Below the pieces are notes generated by a model. The model saw nothing but the letters and a program-made list of their open reading frames with translations, was not told the origin of the DNA and made no database searches. From an uncultured Planctomycetota bacterium (GTDB taxonomy: Bacteria; Planctomycetota; Planctomycetia; Isosphaerales; Isosphaeraceae), in NCBI GenBank assembly GCA_963823665.1, contig CAWGMQ010000002.1, positions 192,001 to 256,000 on the forward strand: a stretch of DNA of 64,000 nt. The letters are read 5' to 3'. Within the stretch, counting starts at the first letter, position 1. Each line of letters opens with the position of its first letter. The translations under genes and the position numbers were made by a program. Below are positions 23,589-32,502 of the stretch, one piece after another.

Positions 23589-24155
23589 TCACTCCCTCCC
23601 AACCCCAAGCGCATCTGCCACCCGATTAATATAATTAAACCAAGAAGCAATCAGCGTGATCTGCAAAATCCCCCGATCATCAAACCCAGCCGCTCGCAGT
23701 CGCTCATGATCGCGCGGCGAGACCTTGGTCGCATCTTTTGTCAACTTCACCACATAATCGACCATCACCCGCTCCGCCTCGGTGATCGGTGCCGTTTGAT
23801 AATTCTCTTTGAGCGCCTCGATGAGCGCATCATCCAGAGTCACCCGACGCAGAAACTCTGCGTGAGAGACAATTCAGTAATGGCACTTATTTGTCAGCGA
23901 GACCATCGTCGCGATCATCTCGTGCCCCCGGCGCGAGAGCGGCAGCTCCGGCGACATGAGAGCGCCGAAGGTCGAAAACGCATGATGGAGCGCCTGCGGA
24001 ATCAGCGTGTGTGAGGCCACGATCCCCGGCAGGCCCTGATCAAGCTCCTGCACCGGCTGTGAGTACTCAACGGGATAGAGCCCCCGTTGATCCGCCATCG
24101 CCTTGAGCAACTTCTCGTCCGCGTCTTCCAGTGGAACGGTACGAATCCAGGCCAT
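23589..24155 (-). CDS. AhpD/carboxymuconolactone decarboxylase-like peroxidase-related selenoprotein (CxxU)
   Basis: ORFs 23874..24155 and 23589..23843 share a frame: ...[35 protein letters not shown]...[15 protein letters not shown] (23874-23876) sits at the second Cys of the AhpD CxxCxxxH motif, with a SECIS-like hairpin directly after it. Confidence 0.88.
23839..23870 (-). promoter_or_regulatory. Bacterial SECIS element candidate
   Basis: mRNA: UGA auu guc ucuc ACGCAGA GUU UCUGCGU cgggu gac. 7-bp perfect upper stem, apical loop starting with G 18 nt after the UGA, and an extendable lower stem. Confidence 0.75.
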
Positions 24156-24176
24156 CGTAGTTACCTCATGTCATTG

Positions 24177-25718
24177 TCAAGAGTGAGCGCCGATCGAGGG
24201 CACCGAAGGTTTTTCGTCAAGTGTCGAGTCCGGGTTCATCATCTCGGTCGCCGGATCAGAGGAATCACTCCCAGTCGCCGCGCCGCGATCCGGGATCACC
24301 CAACCCGCAATGGGAATCCCAAGCACGACGACCATCAACCCGGCTACTGACGGCGGCACGCTGAGCAACCTCCACACAATATCGCGCCAGGGAGAGCCAG
24401 CCGCCAGCATGCGAGCCGTCTCCATGCTCCACCCGCTGCCGGCAATGTCTCTTGCGGTCTGCAAGAGTATCACGGCGACGATGGGAAGCAAAAAGAGCAG
24501 GGGAGAGATTGGGTAGCCCGGCGGTGCAAGTGATCGTTCGCGCGGGTGGCGCCTATGCAGGACGAAGATCCCCACCACGGTGAACGCCAGGAAAACAAGC
24601 GTGGGCACCATGAAGTACGCCAAGATCTGCCCGAAGCTGCCGGAGAGTGCCAGCGCAGTGGCAAGCGTGGTCTGCACCAAGGTGGCGCGGGCAGGAACGT
24701 CGCGCCGCGGGTCAACAGCCCCGAAGCTCGCGAAAAAGACTCTATCCCGCGCCATGGCAAAATAAACGCGTGGCGCGGCCATGAGTATGGCCGCCAGGCT
24801 TCCAGCCACCGAGATCAACACGACAAGTGAAAAGATAACCTCACCCCACCGTCCGAAGAGCGCATCGCCGGCAAGTGCGGCGAATGCTGTTTCCTTTGCG
24901 CTCGCGATTCGCTCAGGTGCGACGAGGTAAAGAAACACCAGGCTCACCGCAACGTACACGACCGTGACGATCGAAACCCCGAGCACCAAGGCACGCGGCA
25001 TCGTGCGCTTCGGGTCGCGAACCTCACCGGTGATCTTGCTCGCATCCCACCATCCTGCAAATGAAAAGAACGCGCCGACCAGAGCAAATCCCAGCGCGGG
25101 GCCCAGCGGATCCGATCCAGGTCTTTGCGACCAGAACGGTGACAGGTTATTCCATTCGCCCCGGCCCAGGCCGAAGCCCCATAGTACGAGAAAACCAAGT
25201 AACCCCAACTTCAGCGCGGCCAGCGCCCCCATGACCCGTGAACCGGGGGAGATGCCAAGCATGTGCACAGCCGCAAGCATAATGATCGACCCGACTGCGA
25301 CGGACTTCTGCCCCCACGGCGCAAGCGGTAGAAGATGCCCCGCATAATCGGCCAAACCCACGGCTAGCATCGCAGTCAGGCCTGGATCCGTGACCAGCAG
25401 GGACAGCCACCCGTAGAGAAACGCCATTCGCTTGCCGAAGATCTCGCGCAAGTAAACATACGTGCCACCTGCTTCCGGGTAGCGAGCCGCCAATGATCCA
25501 TAACAGAATGCGCCGCCGACCGTGGCCACAGCCATCGTCAGCCAGACCACCAAGAGCCAAAATGGTGACCCGAGTGATTTGGCCATACCGGCCGGAGTCA
25601 AAAAGATCCCAACGCCAATAACGTTCCCGACAATGAGCGCAGTCGCCGTAGCCAGCCCTAACCGGCGCGGTAGACTCGACCTTTCACCAGCTTCTGTAGC
25701 CTCGTTTGCGTTCGTCAT
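24177..25718 (-). CDS. APC family amino acid permease
   Basis: [52 protein letters not shown]; about 12 hydrophobic segments. Confidence 0.95.
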   Translation of the reverse strand: MTNANEATEAGERSSLPRRLGLATATALIVGNVIGVGIFLTPAGMAKSLGSPFWLLVVWLTMAVATVGGAFCYGSLAARYPEAGGTYVYLREIFGKRMAFLYGWLSLLVTDPGLTAMLAVGLADYAGHLLPLAPWGQKSVAVGSIIMLAAVHMLGISPGSRVMGALAALKLGLLGFLVLWGFGLGRGEWNNLSPFWSQRPGSDPLGPALGFALVGAFFSFAGWWDASKITGEVRDPKRTMPRALVLGVSIVTVVYVAVSLVFLYLVAPERIASAKETAFAALAGDALFGRWGEVIFSLVVLISVAGSLAAILMAAPRVYFAMARDRVFFASFGAVDPRRDVPARATLVQTTLATALALSGSFGQILAYFMVPTLVFLAFTVVGIFVLHRRHPRERSLAPPGYPISPLLFLLPIVAVILLQTARDIAGSGWSMETARMLAAGSPWRDIVWRLLSVPPSVAGLMVVVLGIPIAGWVIPDRGAATGSDSSDPATEMMNPDSTLDEKPSVPSIGAHS

Positions 25719-25763
25719 GTTTCCTCGACGCAAGATCACCCTTTGACGTCACGATCAAAGGGC

Positions 25764-26832
25764 TCAGTAATCCGAGCCGCCCACGATCTCCCCGCCATTC
25801 CGCGTGCTCAAAGCTGCGCCAGATCGGCAGCGACACCGAATCTTTGATGAAACGAACCGAGCCGTCACCAAACGCGACATTGACTCCTGCTGGGTGCATG
25901 CTCGAAGGCGGGAGCTGAACCGCCATGTTGGCCATCGAGCCTCCCATCATCATGCTGCCGCCCATCGAGGCACAGGTCCTCGTGTTCGGCGTCCCAACGT
26001 GGTTATAAGTCGTGCACGTCATGTCGCCGATGCACCAGGCCGCCCCCATCCAGCTCGTCAGCGGCATGGCCATTGTCATGTCGAGCAAGGTGCAGTTCTG
26101 CCAGGTCTGGTCGATGGTCATGGCGCTGTTCATCATATACATGTCATTCTTGATGTCGGGCGATCCCTGGCCGCGCCGCCGTTCGCTCAGAAAGGCCGTC
26201 TGACTGGTGCCATCAGTCATACTCGCCAGGTTGATGCAGCTTCGGTTATAGAGCGGCCCCTGAGGAAGATAACCCGGTGCAACGGTGCTGGGCGTTTGCT
26301 GGCACGCGTCGCACAGCCACGACCCTTCATTTCCGTAGTAATTGTTGCCGCCGTTCCAGCCGGCTGGGCTGATTGACCCGGCCGGATCCGACGGGCAAAC
26401 GAACGCGGCGATCGCGATGCGGCAGACGGTGCTGTTCTCACGATTGGGATCCTGAAACGCCATCATGAATCCCATGTTGTAGGAATCCATGTTGGGGATC
26501 TCCGGCGGCAGATTGAAGTTGGTCGCGTTGAACAGGCTCGACTGCTCGATATACCCCAGGATCTGGCTGTGGGTCGACCACCGGGCCGAGACCGGCGCGT
26601 TCATGACCTCCGTCATGTAGTTGTCTCCCTTGCCGAACGGAAGGGACCGGAGCGCGTTCTCGTAATTGGCAACCGCGAGTAGGAACTGCTTGAGGTTGTT
26701 CGTGCACTGGATGCGGCGAGCAGCCTCCCGTGCCGATTGCACGGCCGGCAAAAGCAAGGCGATCAGCACCGCAATGATGGCGATGACGACCAGAAGCTCG
26801 ATCAAGGTGAACGCAGAACGACGGGAATTCAT
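25764..26832 (-). CDS. DUF1559 (SBP_bac_10) prepilin-type N-terminal cleavage protein, Met-rich; frameshift near 25812
   Basis: [70 protein letters not shown] (H-X9-DG). Removing one base restores [19 protein letters not shown]. Confidence 0.93.
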
Positions 26833-26981
26833 GGAATCCTCTCCTCTCGAATGATCGATATGATGATAATAAAATCTGTCTGGGTGAACGCGCAGCGCCC
26901 CGCGATCATGCAACACAGACCGCGCGCCGTTATGGCGAATAAACCGGTTCATCCGGCACGAGCGCGCCGATTAAGACCGAC

Positions 26982-27050
26982 GCCCCGAAGGGGCTCAACA
27001 ACATAGCCCAGGGCAACGTCCTGGGTTCCCCACCCAACGCCCTGGGTTCC
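26982..27050. repeat. REP-like palindromic element
   Basis: GCCCC-gaa-GGGGC (26982-26994), GCCCAGGGC-aac-GTCCTGGGT (27006-27026) and a second CAACGCCCTGGGTTCC (27035-27050). Resembles the GCCCAGGGCAACGCCCTGGG-type extragenic palindromes. Confidence 0.65.
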
Positions 27051-27054
27051 GCGC

Positions 27055-27492
27055 TCAGACCGGAGGAGGATGAAAAATGGACGGCCGCGCGCTCCGCGAC
27101 CGCGGTGTCACCTCGCCCGGCACTGCCTCCATCGAAACGGTGACTCGGTTAAAGAGTGCCGCCGCGAGGTCTCCCCAGTGATCAGACCCCTCGGAGCTCG
27201 GAGACGTGCTTGGACTTGGAACAGGGGGAACCTGCCCGGAACAACTCAGGCCCGAGCAGGGCCGTTGCATCGGTGAACGCGATGGGTGCACCAGATCTCC
27301 GGAATCCAGAGAGGCCAGGTCGCCCACGATCAGACGATCAAGCTGATTCCAATCGAGCGGCCGAGCCGACTTCGACGCGACCAGATGATTGCATTCGGCG
27401 CGTGCCGCCCGGGGCGCAGCGTGCGAGAGCACCAGGAGCAGCAGAACGGCTGCTCCCCACTTCGCCACAGGCTTGACGAAAGCTGCTCTCAT
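27055..27492 (-). CDS. Secreted small protein with CxxxxC and C-terminal IFHPPPV; DUF2946-like putative arrest/leader peptide
   Basis: Signal peptide (MRAAFVKPVAKWGAAVLLLLVLSHAAPRAARA|ECNH), PCSGLSCSG, low-complexity linker, ends ARPSIFHPPPV*; directly upstream of the DUF1559 gene. Confidence 0.65.
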   Translation of the reverse strand: MRAAFVKPVAKWGAAVLLLLVLSHAAPRAARAECNHLVASKSARPLDWNQLDRLIVGDLASLDSGDLVHPSRSPMQRPCSGLSCSGQVPPVPSPSTSPSSEGSDHWGDLAAALFNRVTVSMEAVPGEVTPRSRSARPSIFHPPPV

Positions 27493-27646
27493 CTGCGCCG
27501 CTACCGGATGTCTACTCTTCGAGCGGGAGAGCCGCTTCCCGCTTTGGTTGATCGTCAGACGGGGATGCGCCACACGGCACAAAACGTGGAATCAATCCAG
27601 ATTAAGATATACGCCGGGATCATCGCGTTGCAAGCCGGTTTGCTAG

Positions 27647-29114
27647 CTAGCCGATATACCCCAGACCGCTTAATCGCTCGCGGACAATCGTCTCATCGTC
27701 CGATGTGTAATCTCCATTCGGCAATTCACCAATATGTTGACCGGCCGACCAGAGACCGCCCCTGCATCGAAGACGGGATCTCGTATCCCCCCAGCTCCAT
27801 GAGCGTGGGTGCAATGTCCAGCAGCCGTGCCCCGCTGATTTCACCCTGAAGCGGGCTGTTGGAGGCCGCCAGGATGAACGAACCAAACTGGGCGTGGTTG
27901 CAGTCGTCCGGCCCCGTGTCATTTTCAAGGACGTGAATCGTCGGATAACCCACCCCGCCGATCGATCGCCAGTAGAGAGCGCCAAAGTGCACGATCAGGT
28001 CGGGCGCGACGTTTTGCACGCTCTTGTAAATCTCTTCCGGCTTGAAGACCAGGGTTCCGAGAGGTTTGCCCGCGGGATCGACTGTTGCCTCGAACTTCAC
28101 TTTGATCTCATCGCGGAATGGCTCGTACTCGCTTGGATCAATCAACCCCTGGGGCTCTCTCCCCTTGACATTCATGAAAACGCGGGCGTAATAGCCTCCC
28201 TCGCTCCACACCCTGGTCTTCTCCCAATCCACGTCAAGCCTCGCGAACGGAGTCACCTCCTTGGGATAACTCTTGAGCACGAGCAACCCTTCACGCACCA
28301 GCCATTCGTTCACGCAAAAGCCGCCATCGAGCCGCTGCGCGCCATGGTCGGACACGATCAGCACGATCGTGTCGTCGCTCAAGAGCTCGAGAACCCGCCC
28401 GATCTCCGCGTCGATATGCCGGTAATAGTCGTGGATTGTGTCGCGGAACGGGCTGTCGCTCTCGTGCAGAACGTGCAGCGGGTCGTGGTATTTCCAGAAC
28501 CCATGATGGATGCGGTCCTGCCCGATATCGACAAAATGGAAATAATCCCACGGCTCATTCGCAAGCAGATGCCGCACCACCTCGAACTGCACCCGGCTCA
28601 TGGCGAAGATCTCGTCCCGCAGCCAGGCCTTGTTGTCCGTCCGGAAGCCCCGCACGTCGACGGGATAATGTCCCACGAGCTGACGGATTTTCTCCGAAAG
28701 CTCAGGTGGATGTGTGAAGATGTTCTTGTCGGTATCAGGCGTCAAGAAACAGCTCACGCTGATGCCGTTGATTCGCCGCGGTGGGTAGCCGGGTGGAATG
28801 CCGACGATGATCGACCGCTTGCCTTCGCGCGCCAGATGGTCCCAGATCGCCGGCGCGGTGATCGAGCGCGCCCCAGCGATTTTCAGGCCGTCGTAAGAGT
28901 GATCGGCTCGATTACGGAAGCCGTAGATACCCAGCGTGCCGGGGTCTTGGCCCGTTGTCATGCACATCCAGGCAGGAACTGTGATCGGTGGGATCACGCT
29001 TTCCAGGCGTCCATAGGCCCCGGCGTCCATCAACCGCCTTATGTTCGGTAAATCCTCATACCCGAAGAGAAGCTCGGGCGCGGCACAGTCGAGCCCCAGT
29101 ACCAAGATCTTCAT
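27647..29114 (-). CDS. Alkaline phosphatase superfamily phosphodiesterase/nucleotide pyrophosphatase; frameshift near 27748
   Basis: MKILVLGLDCA, PPITVPAW, GIYGF, DRIHHGFW, VSDHG, DDCNH; the expected tail DETIVRERLSGLGYIG* is in ORF 27647..27985. Confidence 0.92.
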
Positions 29115-30964
29115 GATAAAAGCGAGTCTCCTTCCATCGCCGGCCCCTTGGGCACACCCAGAGCAGCCAAGATCGACGGCGCCAGGTCAAGCAGCCGAGC
29201 GCCCTCACGACGAAACGGCCTGTTCATGAATAAGACGCCCGGAACCCGATCGGGGTCGATGATGTGGTCGCCACTCCACTTCTTTGTGTTGTCTTCAAGC
29301 TGAGATTCCGCGATACCCCCCATCGACGACGACCACGAAACCCGATACCCGGGTGCAAAATCCACCAGCATGTCGGGCGCTTCCTCGACGAAGGCCCCGT
29401 GATATACAGCTTCGCGCGGCTGCACGCGCACAATCGCGGTGCAATTACTGCGTTCAGGGTCCACCAGTCCGCTCAACCCTTGCCCGATCGCGGCCTTGAC
29501 CGAGCCCGCGTCGTCGCAATGAACGATGCCCTGAGCCTCACGTCCTTTGAGATTCAAATAGATTCCACTGAGCCCGATGGCATAAGCACGCGTATGCGTC
29601 CAATCGACGTGTCGCAAGTAATCGCCCGCGGCTTCTCCTGGTTCAATACCGGGCTCGAGCGCCAGGAAACCGCAGTCGAGCAGCCACTTGTTCAGATGAA
29701 CCCCGCGCTCGAAGTTATTGAATCCGTGGTCGGAGAGCGCGATGAAAAGCGTTTCGTCGTCGCTGAATTCAAGTGCCTTGCCGACGATCGCGTCGCAACG
29801 ACGGTACGCGTCGTCGATGGCGTGCGCGAAGTCAGGCTCCGGCGGCCTACCGCGGAGAGCTGGATGGCCGCTCTGGCGATATCGCCAGAACAGGTGCTGG
29901 ATCCGGTCCGGCGTATCGAACAAGCAGTAAAAGAACCCCGATCGAAACGAGTCGAGCTCGTGCAGCATCATCGCCTCGCGATCGCGCCAGGCGATCGCGC
30001 ATTGATCCAGAAACGCCTCCTCCGAGATTCTCTCGTTGTTCAGCCCGGCGTGATCCTCGACCATCCCGGTCGTGTAATAAAGGCCGATCCGCGCAGCCAG
30101 GTCTCCTGCATACTCGGGAGGATCGCTGATCGGAAAAAAAGGTGCATCGGGATCGAAGTTCACCGGCGAGGCGTAAACCGCCAGATCCGGTTCGATCCGC
30201 ACCACATGAAACCGAACAATTCCTCGAATGGACTGCAGCAACCCCAGCTTGAACTTCACCCGAACCCAGTCGCTGAACCCGCCCTGCTTGACGACAAGCT
30301 CCCGCGGTGTGCCTTCCGACGAAACGATGATTCGCTGCGCCTCGCGATCCACTCGAAACGTGATCTCGACGCGCAGATCACCACGCGTCTTGGGATTGCG
30401 CGGACCAATCACGTACGTCGAGTAAGTCCCGTCTGCTCCAGGCTCGATCCGGACAACGTGTTCACTCTCGCGCGGCTGCACTCCTTTGCTCGTCGTATAA
30501 AACGTCCCGGTTCCCAGACCGCCTCTCAAATCCGGTACGCCCATTCCGGAGAGCATTCGCCCGCGCGTGGCGTCCGGCGGGAAAGTACACGGACAGCGCA
30601 GGATCGTCGAGCCGATGCCCGCTGACTTGAGAAGATCCCAGAGCGGAACTCCGCGGCGCAAGTTCACGGCTTTGGGCGGCAGGAACGCATTCTTCTGCTC
30701 GTACCGATTCAAGCCGAAATCCGGCAGATAGGTTCTGGGATCGCGGCGCAGGAAGTCGAAGATTCCATGTCCTCCCGGGTTGGTCCCTGTTGCGAACGTG
30801 GACCAGGCAACCGGGGTCTGGGCCGGGCGAGTGGTGGCAACCCGAGCAAACCCGCCTCGTTCTTTCAGTCGAGCCAGGTTGGGCAGTTGGCCCGCGTCCA
30901 GCAATCCCGTCACGATGCCGGGGTCAAGTCCGTCCATCCCGAGGACGATGACCTTCTTGATGAT
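29111..30964 (-). CDS. Alkaline phosphatase superfamily phosphodiesterase/nucleotide pyrophosphatase (possible ATC start)
   Basis: (I)IKKVIVLGMDGLDP, PAQTPVAWSTFATGTNPGGHGIFDF, DRIQHLFW, LSDHGF, WSGDH; stop overlaps the next gene's start (ATGA). Confidence 0.92.
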   Translation of the reverse strand: MIKKVIVLGMDGLDPGIVTGLLDAGQLPNLARLKERGGFARVATTRPAQTPVAWSTFATGTNPGGHGIFDFLRRDPRTYLPDFGLNRYEQKNAFLPPKAVNLRRGVPLWDLLKSAGIGSTILRCPCTFPPDATRGRMLSGMGVPDLRGGLGTGTFYTTSKGVQPRESEHVVRIEPGADGTYSTYVIGPRNPKTRGDLRVEITFRVDREAQRIIVSSEGTPRELVVKQGGFSDWVRVKFKLGLLQSIRGIVRFHVVRIEPDLAVYASPVNFDPDAPFFPISDPPEYAGDLAARIGLYYTTGMVEDHAGLNNERISEEAFLDQCAIAWRDREAMMLHELDSFRSGFFYCLFDTPDRIQHLFWRYRQSGHPALRGRPPEPDFAHAIDDAYRRCDAIVGKALEFSDDETLFIALSDHGFNNFERGVHLNKWLLDCGFLALEPGIEPGEAAGDYLRHVDWTHTRAYAIGLSGIYLNLKGREAQGIVHCDDAGSVKAAIGQGLSGLVDPERSNCTAIVRVQPREAVYHGAFVEEAPDMLVDFAPGYRVSWSSSMGGIAESQLEDNTKKWSGDHIIDPDRVPGVLFMNRPFRREGARLLDLAPSILAALGVPKGPAMEGDSLLS

Positions 30965-31087
30965 GGCAACCTCCCTGTTGTATCAATGATCGCGGAATCC
31001 CGGGCGCACTCACTCCGTTCCAGATACCAAATAACGCATCGTCTGCCCAGCCGAGTCAAGCCCTGAATCCGGGTGAAGGAGCCAACC

Positions 31088-32449
31088 ATGGCCATCGCAA
31101 CGCTGCAGTTGACTCGAGGCCGATATCTAGTCTCGATCTTAGCATCATTGATCGGCTGTGGCTCTCTTCAGGCAGGCGAACCCCGTGCGCCAAACATCGT
31201 GATCCTGATCGCCGACGACCTCGGTTACGGAGATTTAGGCTGCTTTGGCCACCCAACCATCCGCACGCCACACCTCGACCGCATGGCAGCCGAGGGGATC
31301 AAGCTCTCTCAGTTTTATGCGGCCCATCTCTGCACGCCAAGCCGAGCTGCCCTTTTGACGGGTCGGCTACCAATCCGCAGCGGGCTCAATGTCGTTCTTT
31401 TCCCGAACTCAACCGGGGGAATACCCGACGGGGAAATCACCCTGGCTGAGGCACTGAAGGCACGCGGTTATGCAACGTCTTGTATCGGCAAATGGCATCT
31501 CGGCCATCTGCCCGCCTATCTGCCAACGCGGCACGGGTTCGATCACTATTTCGGCATCCCTTACAGCAACGACATGGTTGCGACGAAGGAGGCGTATCCT
31601 CCAATCCCACTCTTCCGCGATGAAGCGATCGTCGAGCAGCCCGCTGTGCAAGAAACCCTCACGCTACGCTACACGCGCGAGGCAATCTCATTCATCCGGA
31701 GCCATTGCGCCACCGCGCGGGCCCAGCCGTTCTTTCTCTACCTGGCCTACACCTTCCCGCACATTCCGCTCCATGCCAGCAAGGCTTTCCGCGGAAAGAG
31801 CCCGCGGGGGCTCTTCGGCGATACCGTCGAAGAAATCGATTGGAGCGCCGGCCAGATCCTCGCTGCTCTTCGCGACGAGGGAATAGCCGAGTCAACGCTC
31901 GTCGTCTTTACCAGCGACAACGGCCCCTGGCTGAGCCAGAAACTGAACGGAGGCTCGGCAGGCCTCCTGCGCGAGGGCAAGGGCTCAACCTGGGAAGGCG
32001 GCGTCCGCGTGCCATGCCTGGCCTGGTGGCCTGGTACGATCGCATCAGGACGCACGTCGCTCTACCTCGCCAGCGAGCTCGACCTGTTCACAACCTGCCT
32101 GGACTTAGCGGCGCAAAGATTCCTGAAGACCGCTCGATTGACGGAATCTCGCTGGTCCCGCTTGCTGCGCGGAACGGGCCCAAGCCCACGTAATCATCTT
32201 TTTTACTACCACGCGGCCGCCCTTTTCGCCGTGCGCCGCGGCCCATGGAAAATCCATCTCAAGACGACCGACCCCGGATCCGGGAATGAAAAGGCGCAAG
32301 CCCACGATCCGCCGCTTCTCTTCAATCTGACGACTGACCCATCCGAGCAATTCAACGTGGCCGACCAGCATCCGGACGTGGTCGAGCAACTTCTCAAGGA
32401 GGCCGAGGAGCACTGCCGGACGATAAAACCCGGGCCACCCCAGCGCTGA
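31088..32449 (+). CDS. Formylglycine-dependent sulfatase (arylsulfatase A-like)
   Basis: PNIVILIADDLGYGD, CTPSRAALLTGR, GKWHLG, TSDNGP; two compensating frameshifts at about 32105-32165 (GAKIPEDRSIDGISLVPL is in another frame). Confidence 0.95.
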   Translation: MAIATLQLTRGRYLVSILASLIGCGSLQAGEPRAPNIVILIADDLGYGDLGCFGHPTIRTPHLDRMAAEGIKLSQFYAAHLCTPSRAALLTGRLPIRSGLNVVLFPNSTGGIPDGEITLAEALKARGYATSCIGKWHLGHLPAYLPTRHGFDHYFGIPYSNDMVATKEAYPPIPLFRDEAIVEQPAVQETLTLRYTREAISFIRSHCATARAQPFFLYLAYTFPHIPLHASKAFRGKSPRGLFGDTVEEIDWSAGQILAALRDEGIAESTLVVFTSDNGPWLSQKLNGGSAGLLREGKGSTWEGGVRVPCLAWWPGTIASGRTSLYLASELDLFTTCLDLAAQRFLKTARLTESRWSRLLRGTGPSPRNHLFYYHAAALFAVRRGPWKIHLKTTDPGSGNEKAQAHDPPLLFNLTTDPSEQFNVADQHPDVVEQLLKEAEEHCRTIKPGPPQR

Positions 32450-32467
32450 TCTGGAGTGATCCGTTGA

Positions 32468-32489
32468 GTAGGTCAGGCTTTAGCCTGAC
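32468..32489. repeat. GTAG-type REP-like hairpin between convergent genes (may also act as terminator)
   Basis: GTAG followed by GTCAGGC-ttta-GCCTGAC. Confidence 0.55.
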
Positions 32490-32502
32490 GATGTCCCGCC
32501 CC

